This document shows positions 8,515-18,386 of a DNA stretch of 64,000 nt, piece after piece; positions within the stretch are counted from its first letter, which is position 1, and every line of letters begins with the position of its first letter. This DNA is from Patescibacteria group bacterium (GTDB lineage Bacteria; Patescibacteriota; Patescibacteriia; 2-02-FULL-49-11): positions 2,374-66,373 of the forward strand of contig JBAZQN010000008.1 in the NCBI GenBank assembly GCA_041645165.1. The letters run 5' to 3'. The translations under genes and the position numbers were made by a program. The notes beneath the pieces were generated by a model. The model had not been told where the DNA came from. It searched no databases and was given only the letters and a program-made list of their open reading frames with translations.

Positions 8515-8706
8515 ATTGAAAATTCCAAATCCTCACCGCTCAGGCGGGATCCCGCATACCTTAGAAAAAAGAATAAATGAGCGGGACAATTTCCAATGAC
8601 CAATTAAATCCCAATCCCAAAAATCCCAATACATTTGGTCATTCATGTTTTTTGAGTATTGATTGGTCATTGGGGTTTGGACATTGGTCATTTGATATTT
8701 GGATTT
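8515..8706. repeat. Heptamer-periodic imperfect hairpin containing a GCGGGA palindromic element (8536-8588)
   Basis: CCAAT/CCCAAT-rich left arm and TTGGTCA/TTGG-rich right arm; core matches 18301-18355 (minus) and 19195-19248. Confidence 0.85.
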
Positions 8707-8707
8707 C

Positions 8708-10171
8708 TCACTTAACTTCTTCCCATGAGAGTAAGGTGTATTGGTCGGAGGTTAATGGAAATGAGGGGGGCGGCGCATAAAGGAGGCTTGCATCATAGGT
8801 GATATTCCTCGTTTGATAGCCAGTGCCATCGGTATACGCAAAGCCATACCTTTGATTGGTTGCGAGCATGCCCCAAAGGGTTATTACTGACCGTATATAG
8901 GACGATCCGCACGTTATCCAATAATAGTATCGCCCAATTCTGCCATTCTTGGCAACTAACGCGGCATCAATCCGTAAATCATTTTCACTCGCCAATCCCA
9001 CATTTACATTATTTTGCGCAATGAGACCCAAAACCGCAGATCCGTCGTACGCGCCGTAAATAAGGTCATTATTAATGGTGATGCTCGTATTAGTGGAAGG
9101 ATTTTCTGGAAATTTTCCCGAAGCAATAGTAAGCCGCGCACTCGATATTTGCCCGTCAACCCAAATATGATCTTCAAAAAAAAGCACATTCGCGGAAGGA
9201 AACGGATACGTGCCAAGGGTTGTCTGCGCGCTGCCGCCTGTGCCAATACTCCAAGTGCCCCAGCCTGATTGGCTTAATTGGTTCGTGCACCATCTTGGAG
9301 GGGGTTGGAGAGAATTTACGCGCTTTAAAATGAAAGTGTCATTTGATTGCAAAGTGATGTGGTATCCCAAGGCGCCAGAGCTTGAGTAATAACCATTACT
9401 CGCTTGCGCTTGTGCCTTTATATCCGCTAAATCATTAATCATTCCCGTAAAGTCAACTGCGGGAACGGGGAATTGGCGCCCTGCCATAAATATATCAGTC
9501 CGGTTCGGCACCGCAGCGGGCGGGAGGGGGTCTGTGGGCGCGTCATGGGTATGTACGCCAAATTCATTCGCGCCGCTGTGGTCTGGGTCATCATAGGAAG
9601 TGCGCGCGCTTGTGATGAGGTTATGGGCGAGGCCGTCAAAGCGAATGCCGCCGTTTGAATGCGTTGGCCCAAACACTTCCGTGCCTTCTCCGAAACGCAT
9701 GTCCGCATTTGCGGCGATGGCAAATTTTGCCAGAGAAGGAATCGCATAGCGTACGCGTATCACGCGTTCCGCATGCGGCGCTTCGAGCGTAACGCCGCTT
9801 GATTCTACGTTCACCATGGTTGAACCGGTAGGGGGAGGGGTAATAGTGAGGGTAAAGGTGCCGATTTGCTCGCCCGCCCGATTGTTGAATGTATGGACAT
9901 AAGGTCCTGTAGAGCCGGTACCGTCCTGAAAATCATTTGGCGCGTGGGCAAGGTGCCAGCGATAATAGTCAACTCCCGCTTCTGCGATTTCAAACGCCAT
10001 TTCTTTCAAACTTCTTTGCCTTGCGAGGCGGCTTTGGCCTATGGACCACTGCGCTAAACCGCCGATTATGACAATGCCAATGCCCCCAAATACTATAAGG
10101 TGGATCAGCAACGCGCCATGAGCGGCTTGTTTTAAAAATTTAATCAAATAAGTGTGCGTATCCTTAACCAT
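8708..10171 (-). CDS. PilX-like minor pilin
   Basis: HG|ALLIHLIV hydrophobic N-terminus and AFEIAEAGVDY motif; within the pil operon. Confidence 0.8.
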   Translation of the reverse strand: MVKDTHTYLIKFLKQAAHGALLIHLIVFGGIGIVIIGGLAQWSIGQSRLARQRSLKEMAFEIAEAGVDYYRWHLAHAPNDFQDGTGSTGPYVHTFNNRAGEQIGTFTLTITPPPTGSTMVNVESSGVTLEAPHAERVIRVRYAIPSLAKFAIAANADMRFGEGTEVFGPTHSNGGIRFDGLAHNLITSARTSYDDPDHSGANEFGVHTHDAPTDPLPPAAVPNRTDIFMAGRQFPVPAVDFTGMINDLADIKAQAQASNGYYSSSGALGYHITLQSNDTFILKRVNSLQPPPRWCTNQLSQSGWGTWSIGTGGSAQTTLGTYPFPSANVLFFEDHIWVDGQISSARLTIASGKFPENPSTNTSITINNDLIYGAYDGSAVLGLIAQNNVNVGLASENDLRIDAALVAKNGRIGRYYYWITCGSSYIRSVITLWGMLATNQRYGFAYTDGTGYQTRNITYDASLLYAPPPSFPLTSDQYTLLSWEEVK

Positions 10172-10185
10172 ATTGTTAAGAGGTC

Positions 10186-10815
10186 TTATAAATTATCTTT
10201 CAGATTTCTAAGGTTTATGCCGCTGCGCGTTTGCAATGCTGCGGGAGGACGAGTGAGGTCTTTGTCAACGATAAGAGTTACTGTGAGAAAACGCACCACG
10301 CGCGCATCAACGGGCTGTGAGAGAGGCGCTTCAATCCCGGAATAATTTGTGTTGTAGTAAGAAAATACCGGCGTCGCGCCATTCACGAGGTTGTTAAGAA
10401 TAGTCGTTATGGTTTCATTTGCGCTCGGATACGTGACAGGGCTGCCCACCGGCTCGATGATGCCGCGCCGCAAGGTCGTTCCCGACACAAAGTAACGTAT
10501 CCTCTCTATGCCTGTATCACTGTCAACATTGCTGTAAAAGATTAACGACGAATCTAATACTGATTCAAGCGGGTAGGCGCCGTTGCCCGCGGTGGCGGCG
10601 ACTCTGGCTTCTGCAATAATTTTTTCAATTGCCTGCCTGCTCTCGAATTGCCCTGTCAATTGATTATTTAAAGTAGTATTAAATCTGAAAATATTCCCCT
10701 GAAATAGGCCAACCGCTAGAATTATTAACCCTAATATCGCGATTGCGATAACAGTCTCCAGCAGGGAAAATCCCTGATATCTGCACGAATAGAATCGTCT
10801 CACATAGCGAAGCAT
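10186..10815 (-). CDS. Prepilin-type (PilW/GspJ-like) minor pilin
   Basis: QG|FSLLETVIAIAIL N-methylation motif. Confidence 0.88.
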   Translation of the reverse strand: MLRYVRRFYSCRYQGFSLLETVIAIAILGLIILAVGLFQGNIFRFNTTLNNQLTGQFESRQAIEKIIAEARVAATAGNGAYPLESVLDSSLIFYSNVDSDTGIERIRYFVSGTTLRRGIIEPVGSPVTYPSANETITTILNNLVNGATPVFSYYNTNYSGIEAPLSQPVDARVVRFLTVTLIVDKDLTRPPAALQTRSGINLRNLKDNL

Positions 10816-10830
10816 AAAGTGCGTAATGTT

Positions 10831-12741
10831 TTAGGGCGACAATATGACTGAATACGCGTTGTTTCCTGTTATGTTGAGGCTGTCAGTAGACGTGGCATAC
10901 CCATCATGGTTCACCTCCACGGTATAATCATTTGCAGTGAGATTGGAAAAAAATGCCTGGCCCGGCGGCACGCAGCCGTTTACAAATGTAATGCCGATAT
11001 CAGAAACATTCGGCGATACCGTCGGATCAAGAGTGCTTAAGTAAATTTTGTACCTCATATAACGATTATTATTGTGGCTTGCATGCACGGAAGAGATACC
11101 CGGCGTATAAAAGCTGGATGAGGTGCCATCAGGGCCCGAGAAGCTCCATGTCGTATTGTCATTATTCGAGGCAAGCTGCATGCGCACGCTGTTAGCGCCT
11201 GTTTGAGGCAATTGGTCTGTAGGTTTCCAAAAGACTGACACATAATTAGTGCCGTTTCCAGTGTCTAGTGTTGATGAAATGAGTGTTCCGTTTGATTGGT
11301 AATTGCTTCCGCTGTGCGCAAGGAACAGATCGCCCGGCGTGGTAGTGGCATCAATACCGCCGTCATTATCATAATAACGGGTTTCGTCGGTAAACTGTTC
11401 CTGGCTCCCGCCTCCTGACCAATCGGTTTGCCATGCATAGCCGCGATTCGTTATTAAAGTAAGGTCGTAACCGCTGCGGGAAATATGCACTTGGCTATCA
11501 AGCAATGGTAGTTGCGTAGCGTTGTCGAGCACCGTGACGAGCAGCGAGTAAGAGGTATGGCTTTTGAGTACTAGCGTGATAGGCAATACGGCATCAGGCG
11601 ATACTATAACTGGCGATAAAGGGATGGAGCCGGCAAGATCATACCCTGTGTCGGTTAAGGTAAAAGTATACGTATCCCATTCAAGATTGGTCAGTTCGCG
11701 CACGCCATTGCCGTCAGTAAAAAAATTTTCAGAATATTTCAGCAATGTTGGGTTGGTGCCTATAAGTTTTGTCCCCTCGCTATGCAAATCGACAAAAGTA
11801 AGAGGATTGCAGAGTTGGTTTGTGGTCGTAAGGTGGATCGTGCTCACCTTATCAATCGAAAAGCTTACCTGCGTTACTTGTTGAGTAAGCACGGAAGCGT
11901 GCGGCTTTACCGGGTTTGGATTGCCAGGCGCTTCAGGCAGATATGTTTGTTCTGTCGAATACCCGTCTTTGGTGGCCCTGATGGCATACGATTCGTCTGA
12001 AGGCGGCACGTCAATGAGTTGCAATAACCCCTCGTTATTCGTCACATCATCAATCGCTATGGAAGGCGATACGATAGAATTTTCGACATGCACGGACGCT
12101 TGGGGCACGGCATGTCCGTTTGCGTCAAAAACGCGAATAAAAAGTGATCCGTTATTGGTCGAGACTTCTAAATTTTTTGGGGAAATGGTTGTGGTGAAGA
12201 CGAGGGGAGGGTTTCCCGTGCATGAGGCACAACTGACAGAAATTTCAACCAGCTTGTAATCAGCGGGGGCAGTATCATTGGGAGTCCCGCCGATTGTTCC
12301 GTCAAAAGGATCATCCACATTGCGGATCGTGGTATTCACGTTAAAAGAAATGCCATCACGCAGCAATGTCTGGGTTTGCGGTAAGGAACCGGCAGGGATT
12401 CCGCCGGAAGTGCCTACCGATGCGTAGGGTAAATTACGTATAATCTCTATTTGTTCATTCACGAGCGCGGTTGCCGCAACTCGCGCGCGTGAGGCATGGA
12501 TTAATTTGGTTGTTTGCGTGACGACTGAATAGATGCCAATCGCGATGAGAGTGAATACTGCCACGCCGACTATAGTTTCGATAAGAGTAAAGCCGTTCTT
12601 TTTTTTCACTGTTGAAATTTTCAAATTACAATTTCTAATTTTCAAATAATTTTCAATGTCCCAATTTTCAAACATCTGCGGCTTATGAAATTGTGACATT
12701 GATTGAAAATTGAAAATTGAAAATTGATAATTTTGATTCAT
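10831..12741 (-). CDS. Large prepilin-type protein with carboxypeptidase-regulatory-like beta domains
   Basis: NG|FTLIETIVGVAVF; ATG overlaps the pilC stop (ATGA); alternative GTG start at 12609. Confidence 0.87.
   Translation of the reverse strand: MNQNYQFSIFNFQSMSQFHKPQMFENWDIENYLKIRNCNLKISTVKKKNGFTLIETIVGVAVFTLIAIGIYSVVTQTTKLIHASRARVAATALVNEQIEIIRNLPYASVGTSGGIPAGSLPQTQTLLRDGISFNVNTTIRNVDDPFDGTIGGTPNDTAPADYKLVEISVSCASCTGNPPLVFTTTISPKNLEVSTNNGSLFIRVFDANGHAVPQASVHVENSIVSPSIAIDDVTNNEGLLQLIDVPPSDESYAIRATKDGYSTEQTYLPEAPGNPNPVKPHASVLTQQVTQVSFSIDKVSTIHLTTTNQLCNPLTFVDLHSEGTKLIGTNPTLLKYSENFFTDGNGVRELTNLEWDTYTFTLTDTGYDLAGSIPLSPVIVSPDAVLPITLVLKSHTSYSLLVTVLDNATQLPLLDSQVHISRSGYDLTLITNRGYAWQTDWSGGGSQEQFTDETRYYDNDGGIDATTTPGDLFLAHSGSNYQSNGTLISSTLDTGNGTNYVSVFWKPTDQLPQTGANSVRMQLASNNDNTTWSFSGPDGTSSSFYTPGISSVHASHNNNRYMRYKIYLSTLDPTVSPNVSDIGITFVNGCVPPGQAFFSNLTANDYTVEVNHDGYATSTDSLNITGNNAYSVILSP
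12610..12735. repeat. Heptamer-periodic imperfect hairpin (TTGAAAA / TTTTCAA)
   Basis: Three tandem TTGAAAA units in the right arm, complementary TTTTCAA-like units in the left arm. Confidence 0.85.
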
Positions 12742-13835
12742 ATCGTCTGGGTGAGTGAATACATCGGCATGATGATAGCGACAGCCATAGCACCCACACC
12801 CGCGCCAAGGATTAAAATCAGCAGCGGTTCTATGATGGAAGGGAGGTTTTTCATTATCTGATCAACTTCCTCTTCATAAAAAAGCGCAAGTTGGGAAAGG
12901 ACATTGTCAAGTGCTCCTGATTCTTCACCCACGCGCGTGAGCTGGCTGACCACCGGCGGGAAAAGGTGGGGATATGATGAAAACACCACATGTACCGGTG
13001 ATCCTTTTTTGAGGCGTTCTGCAAGATCAAGCAGTGCTTCGCGGTAATAGATATTTTTTATTGTGCGGGACGTAATTATTGACGCCTGTACGATGGGAAT
13101 GTCTGTCGTGAGGAGCGATGAAAAGGTACGGCTTATGCGAGCTAAGTTTACTTTATGGATGATAGGACCGAAAATGGGCAAACGAAGTAACAATGTATGT
13201 AGTATATGTGTACCTAAAGCAGTTTTAGCAAAAGCACGGAAGGCGACAATAAGCAACACCAATCCAATAAGTACAAAGGGACCATTTTTCGTAGTGAAGT
13301 TACTCGTGGCGATAAGAATTCTGGTAGGGAGCGGCAGCGTCGCTTTAAATTCTGCAAAAACACTTATAAGTCTCGGGATCACAAATATCATCATGGCAGT
13401 TCCAATGCCGATCATGGCAATTATGACAATAGAAGGGTAGAGCATGGCGCCGCGCACCTTGGAGATAAGTTCGTGGTCTTTTTTCATCTGTTCGGTTACG
13501 TGCTGCAGCACTTCGTCGAGTTTTCCTGAAAGTTCTCCGCTCTCAATCATGCTGACAGTAAGATCAGGAAAAACTGAAGGATGCATCGAGAGTGCCCGTG
13601 CGAATGGCGTTCCTTTCTCTACTTGTTCGTAAATGTTGTGTATTACATAATGGAATCGTTTATGCGTAGATTGATCTGCAAGGGTCCGCAATGCCATAGC
13701 AAGAGAGAGGCCTGCCTTCACCATTACCTGGAGATTTTGTATGAAAAAGATTTTTTCTGTAAGTGAAATCGGATGATGGCGGCTTATCCACGATAAAGTG
13801 TTTTGGGGAGTTTTGTTGTAATTTTGTTCTGGCAT
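12738..13835 (-). CDS. pilC: Type IV pilus platform protein PilC (T2SSF family)
   Basis: GELSGKLD, KVRGAMLYP, LPLPTRIL, VGEESGAL, IIEP. Confidence 0.95.
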   Translation of the reverse strand: MPEQNYNKTPQNTLSWISRHHPISLTEKIFFIQNLQVMVKAGLSLAMALRTLADQSTHKRFHYVIHNIYEQVEKGTPFARALSMHPSVFPDLTVSMIESGELSGKLDEVLQHVTEQMKKDHELISKVRGAMLYPSIVIIAMIGIGTAMMIFVIPRLISVFAEFKATLPLPTRILIATSNFTTKNGPFVLIGLVLLIVAFRAFAKTALGTHILHTLLLRLPIFGPIIHKVNLARISRTFSSLLTTDIPIVQASIITSRTIKNIYYREALLDLAERLKKGSPVHVVFSSYPHLFPPVVSQLTRVGEESGALDNVLSQLALFYEEEVDQIMKNLPSIIEPLLILILGAGVGAMAVAIIMPMYSLTQTI

Positions 13836-13856
13836 GGCGCGTCAAAATTAACAATA

Positions 13857-15590
13857 TCAATCTTTGGCAACACGGAGAAGCTCCTCGATGGTAGTGATGC
13901 CTTGCTTTGCCTTAATAAACCCGTCTTGGAACATGGTGTACATGCCTTCTTTTTTTGCGCATGCGTTTATTTCTTCAGCAGATGCCCGTTTTAAAATAAG
14001 CTCAGTGATCGCAGGTGTTATGGAGAGAACCTCATAAATGCCTATACGCCCTTTATACCCTTCCTGGTTGCATTGTTTACAGCCCTTTCCTTTCCAGAAT
14101 TCCAGCGATTCGAATCGGGTTTTAGGGGAATCAACCAATTTTTCTTTTGCAAATATTTCAATTATCGCGGAAAGGTCAAATTGGTTATTTAATTCTTGCA
14201 CCGTATTGCGATCGAGTTTTATCGGTTGTTTGCAATTTTGACAAATTTTACGCGTAAGCCGCTGCGCGAGCACCAGATTAACAGTTGAGGTAATGAGGAA
14301 AGAAGCGACTTGCATATCCTGCAGTCGTGGAAACGCGGTGGCGGCGTCGTTCGTGTGGAGTGTAGAGAGCACTAAGTGTCCTGTCATAGCTGCATTTACC
14401 GCTATATCTGCAGTTTCTGAATCTCGTATTTCACCGACCATGATGACATTGGGATCTTGGCGCAAAAAAGACCTTAATCCTGCAGCGAAGGTATAGCCTA
14501 TTTTCGGGTTTACCTGGCTCTGGTTCACTCTAGGCATCCGATATTCTATGGGGTCTTCAATGGTAGTGATATTTACATTTGGCGTATTTATAATATTGAG
14601 AATGGTATAGAGTGTTGTCGTTTTTCCGGAACCGGTAGGGCCGGTTATTAATATCATCCCATGGGGTTTGGTGATGTTGAATTTGATTTTATCAAGAGAT
14701 TTTCCGTAAAACCCGAGCTGTTCGAGCGTGAGTATCTGTGCGGATTCGTTTAAGAGCCGCAATACTATTTTTTCACCGTCAAACACGGGAATGACCGAGA
14801 CACGGAATGAAATACGGTATTCATTGGTGCTTATTTTGAATCTGCCATCCTGCGGCATTCGGTGTTCGTCGAGTTTTAAATTAGCAAGAATTTTTATGCG
14901 CGCGACTATGCCTGATTGGGTTTTTTTTGGCAATGTCATGACATCGCGCAATATGCCGTCTACGCGATATCTGACTACCACTTCTTTTTCTGTGGGTTCA
15001 ATATGGATATCAGATGCGCCTTCAAAAATGGCATATTCGAGCAGGGTATCCACAATGCGAATGATGGGAAGGTCCTGCGCGAGCTCTTTTAGTTTTTCGT
15101 GATCTTCATCATTTATTACTTCAGCTTTTGTGATTTCCTCAAATTCAGCCTTTAATGATTTATGGTATTGTTTCAGTATTTCGTGTATGTCGGTAGGCGT
15201 GGTGATGTATATTTCAATATCCAGCCCTGTGCGTTTTTTTATAAATTCAAAAGTTTGAAGATCGTCGGGGTCAAGGGTCGCCACTTTCAATGCGGTATCC
15301 GTGCGGTTGAACGCGACAATGAGATGGGAAGAAGCAATCGGTTCAGGAATGAGATTAAGAATATCTTTTCGGATATTGAGCGCGTTGAGCTTCACATAAG
15401 GATATCCTAAAAGTTCTGCCTGAATTTCAGCCAGCTGATCCTCGGTGATCAATTTTTTTTCAAGCAAAACCTGCTCTAACTGCTTATGGGATGATTCTGC
15501 CTCCTTTAATGCCGCATCCAGTTCTTTTTTTGAAGCAATTTTTCCCTTTATTATCGCTTCAAAGAGATTTTTAGATTGAGAGAGGGGCAT
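13857..15590 (-). CDS. pilB: Type IV pilus assembly ATPase PilB (GspE family)
   Basis: ASDIHIEP, GPTGSGKTTT, LRQDPNVIMVGEIRD, TGHLVLSTLHTN, Zn-binding CxxC pairs. Confidence 0.96.
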   Translation of the reverse strand: MPLSQSKNLFEAIIKGKIASKKELDAALKEAESSHKQLEQVLLEKKLITEDQLAEIQAELLGYPYVKLNALNIRKDILNLIPEPIASSHLIVAFNRTDTALKVATLDPDDLQTFEFIKKRTGLDIEIYITTPTDIHEILKQYHKSLKAEFEEITKAEVINDEDHEKLKELAQDLPIIRIVDTLLEYAIFEGASDIHIEPTEKEVVVRYRVDGILRDVMTLPKKTQSGIVARIKILANLKLDEHRMPQDGRFKISTNEYRISFRVSVIPVFDGEKIVLRLLNESAQILTLEQLGFYGKSLDKIKFNITKPHGMILITGPTGSGKTTTLYTILNIINTPNVNITTIEDPIEYRMPRVNQSQVNPKIGYTFAAGLRSFLRQDPNVIMVGEIRDSETADIAVNAAMTGHLVLSTLHTNDAATAFPRLQDMQVASFLITSTVNLVLAQRLTRKICQNCKQPIKLDRNTVQELNNQFDLSAIIEIFAKEKLVDSPKTRFESLEFWKGKGCKQCNQEGYKGRIGIYEVLSITPAITELILKRASAEEINACAKKEGMYTMFQDGFIKAKQGITTIEELLRVAKD

Positions 15591-15651
15591 GGGTTTGGTA
15601 TAGACGTTATGTTGTATATATTATACCATAGAATATGACGTTGCGCATGAG

Positions 15652-16038
15652 ATGCTAGTAAAACTCCCATTTATGCCACTTTTCCCCTCATTACGAAAGG
15701 ATTTATACCACCGGCTTCCATGGGTTATATGGAATGTGGCGATTTCGTTTGTTTTAAATGCGGCAACCTGGGTCTATGTGTATTTTACCATTGAGCCATC
15801 GGTAGATCCGATCCCGCTGCATATCACCGTGTATTTCGGAATAGATTTTATAGGCCCTTTTTGGTATTTTTACCTGCTTGCGGCATCAGGCACCCTCATG
15901 ACCATATTCAATGGCGGTGTGGGAAGGATGCTTTATCGCGATGAGCCAAGGCTTGCTGCGGCATTACTTACGTTCACAACGGTAATGAATGCGTTTTTGT
16001 GCGCCATCACGGTTTACCTTTCAACATTTGTGTTATGA
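15652..16038 (+). CDS. Small membrane protein (DUF1648-like)
   Basis: Three TM helices and IPLHITVYFGIDFIG; start may be 15673. Confidence 0.7.
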   Translation: MLVKLPFMPLFPSLRKDLYHRLPWVIWNVAISFVLNAATWVYVYFTIEPSVDPIPLHITVYFGIDFIGPFWYFYLLAASGTLMTIFNGGVGRMLYRDEPRLAAALLTFTTVMNAFLCAITVYLSTFVL

Positions 16039-16724
16039 GCGATCATGAGCCGTATCATTATTTTAATGAAATTTCGATTGGCCACGACTCAAGCGTTATG
16101 ATAGGGCGCAAATATGAGGAAGGTTATGTTTTTACGAGACGGGGGCCGCACATTATGCGACAGGTGCGCTCGGTAAGAGTTTCCATAGGCTCCTTTCAAT
16201 TATCAAGCGAGAATCGTCGGATCTTGAAAAACTATGCTTTCCTTAATCTCCATTATGAAGCACTGCCTTATCCAGGCTATCATTGGACAATTGGAAAAAT
16301 TGCAGTTGATTTTTATAAAAAGAAAACGGGCTCACGCGCCATGAGCGCCCAGAAAATAAAGACCCTATTCACCTCGCCTCATGAAAGCATGAATGGCGTT
16401 TTTATATATCAATGGAAACAAGTAGAACGCCCTCTCGGCTACAGCCTTCTTTTTTCATCTGCGCGTATGCTTCATTATGCGTATCCTTTTTACGACGTGG
16501 CACATGCACGCGCATTAACGCTTCCTTCCTTGGGAATGGCAATGATGCTCAAGGCGATCCTTTGGGCGCAAGAAAAAAATATGGACTATGTATATCTGGG
16601 AAGTATCCACAATGAACGCTCACTCTATAAATTTCAGTTTAAAGGAGTGGAGTGGTTTAATGGTAAAAAATGGCAGCAGGGGAAACCTGAAAAATCCCAA
16701 ATCCAAATTTCAAAGTTCAAATAA
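16035..16724 (+). CDS. Arginyl/leucyl-tRNA-protein transferase-like (ATE/Bpt C-terminal GNAT fold)
   Basis: HYAYPFYD...SLGMAMMLKAILWA...YVYLGS...SLYKFQF resembles the ATE_C motif. Confidence 0.7.
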   Translation: MSDHEPYHYFNEISIGHDSSVMIGRKYEEGYVFTRRGPHIMRQVRSVRVSIGSFQLSSENRRILKNYAFLNLHYEALPYPGYHWTIGKIAVDFYKKKTGSRAMSAQKIKTLFTSPHESMNGVFIYQWKQVERPLGYSLLFSSARMLHYAYPFYDVAHARALTLPSLGMAMMLKAILWAQEKNMDYVYLGSIHNERSLYKFQFKGVEWFNGKKWQQGKPEKSQIQISKFK

Positions 16725-16808
16725 AATCCAAAATCCCAATGTCAAATTTGATATTGGACATTTGAACTTGAGATTTTATTTGATATTTGGATTTTGACAT
16801 TGGGATTT
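16692..16808. repeat. Heptamer-periodic long imperfect hairpin overlapping the 3' end of the ATE-like gene
   Basis: AAATCCCAATGTCAAA versus TTTGACATTGGGATTT; TCAAATAAAATC versus GATTTTATTTGA. Confidence 0.88.
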
Positions 16809-16847
16809 AAGCAAATAATGTAGAGAATTTTCGAGAGGATAGTTTTC

Positions 16848-18257
16848 ATGCTTATGATCGCAAAAAGACACATTCATTTTATAGGAATATGCGGCACTGC
16901 CATGGCGCCAGTCGCTAAAATGTTTTGGGATTTGGGATGGCGCGTAACTGGTTCTGACAAAGGCATTTATCCCCCTATATCGGATTATTTAAAACAGAAT
17001 AAGATTGCATATTATGTTGGATTTCATCCTGAGCGGATAGGGAATCCTGATAAGGTAGTGGTGGGGAATTATATCAGCCTTGTAAATCCTGAATTTTCTG
17101 CGATAAGGGAGCGCGGTATTCCTTATCAGTCCTACCCTGAGGCATTACGGGAATACGTAATAAAATCAAACTCAATCGTGGTTGCGGGAAGTTTTGGAAA
17201 AACCACCACGACCGCACTTCTTGCGTGGATTTGGGAATGCGCGGGGAGACGCCCTTCATTCATGGCAGGCGGAATGATGCGCAATTTTCCTAATAGCGTG
17301 CGATCAAATGATTCGTTATGGAGCATTGTAGAAGGTGACGAGTATCCGGCATGCCGATGGAATCCTGTCCCAAAATTTTCATTTTATGACCCGCATTTTT
17401 TAGTGTTAACCGGCGTGCAGTGGGATCACGCAGATATCTATACGACAGAAGAATCCTACATTGAAATGTTTAAAAAGTTGGTTGCATCGATGCCTCCCAA
17501 TGGACTCATCTGCGCGGCTTTGGACCGACCACATATGCGCGATGTTCTCAACAAGGCATCTGCACCGGTGGTATGGTACGGAAGGACTGGGAGCGGTGCA
17601 GATTGGAGCACAGAGGTGTTATATCAAAAAAAAGCAACCAAAATGACATTTTACGGACCTTCAAATGAAACAATAGGCCCGGTGAGTGTGCCTCTTTTGG
17701 GCAGTATTGCATTCGATCACTTTACCGGTGCAGTAGCGCTTGCGCGTGCTTCCGGCATTGATCAAACTGCCATCATGCAAGCGCTCACCTCGTTCCAGGG
17801 AGTATGCAGGCGGCTTGAAGTAAGGGGTGTGGTGAACAAGGTGAGCATAATAGACGACTTCGCCCATTCACCGAGCAAGGCAAAATCTGCTATTGATGCG
17901 GTGAAGCAAACATTTAATCGCGGACGCGTCATAGTCGTTTTTGAACCGAACGTAGGGAATCGGCTTCGTTCGTTAGCGCCCTCATATAGAGATGCGTTTA
18001 ATTCCGCGAATACCGTTATTGTGCCGCGTTTATCAGCAACGAAACACAATGAAAATACAGAGGCAAGGTTGGATGGCGCACAACTTGCGCAAATTATCAG
18101 TTCATCGAATACTCATATAGAGGAAGTCGTTTATATCGATGATGATATTCAGGTTGTCCAAAAGCTGCAAAAAATCGCCCAACCGGGCGACTGCATACTT
18201 TTTCTCGGCTCGCATGGATTCAGAGGGATGATCGAACAGACACTAGAGTGTCTGTAA
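16848..18257 (+). CDS. mpl: Mur ligase, murein peptide ligase (Mpl)-like
   Basis: HIHFIGICGTAM, AGSFGKTTTT, VEGDEY, DHADIY, DDFAHSP. Confidence 0.8.
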   Translation: MLMIAKRHIHFIGICGTAMAPVAKMFWDLGWRVTGSDKGIYPPISDYLKQNKIAYYVGFHPERIGNPDKVVVGNYISLVNPEFSAIRERGIPYQSYPEALREYVIKSNSIVVAGSFGKTTTTALLAWIWECAGRRPSFMAGGMMRNFPNSVRSNDSLWSIVEGDEYPACRWNPVPKFSFYDPHFLVLTGVQWDHADIYTTEESYIEMFKKLVASMPPNGLICAALDRPHMRDVLNKASAPVVWYGRTGSGADWSTEVLYQKKATKMTFYGPSNETIGPVSVPLLGSIAFDHFTGAVALARASGIDQTAIMQALTSFQGVCRRLEVRGVVNKVSIIDDFAHSPSKAKSAIDAVKQTFNRGRVIVVFEPNVGNRLRSLAPSYRDAFNSANTVIVPRLSATKHNENTEARLDGAQLAQIISSSNTHIEEVVYIDDDIQVVQKLQKIAQPGDCILFLGSHGFRGMIEQTLECL

Positions 18258-18375
18258 TGCCAAAGTTCAAATTTCCAATTTCAAATTGACATGTGACATT
18301 TGTCCCGCTCCTTGAATTTGGTTATCTAAAGTATGCGGGATCCCGCTGAAGCGGGAAATTTTGAGCTTTGTCATT
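18258..18375. repeat. Heptamer hairpin containing a GCGGGA palindromic element (18301-18355, minus)
   Basis: Reverse complement reads TCCCGCTTCAGCGGGATCCCGCATACTTTAGATAACCAAATTCAAGGAGCGGGACA. Confidence 0.85.
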
Positions 18376-18386
18376 CCCCGTAGGGG

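Noticed and set aside
8577-8780. Short ORFs over repeats and antisense ORFs (e.g. 429-992, 25736-26404, 38691-39146, 48203-48865)
   Set aside because: They are low-complexity translations or shadows of well-supported genes.
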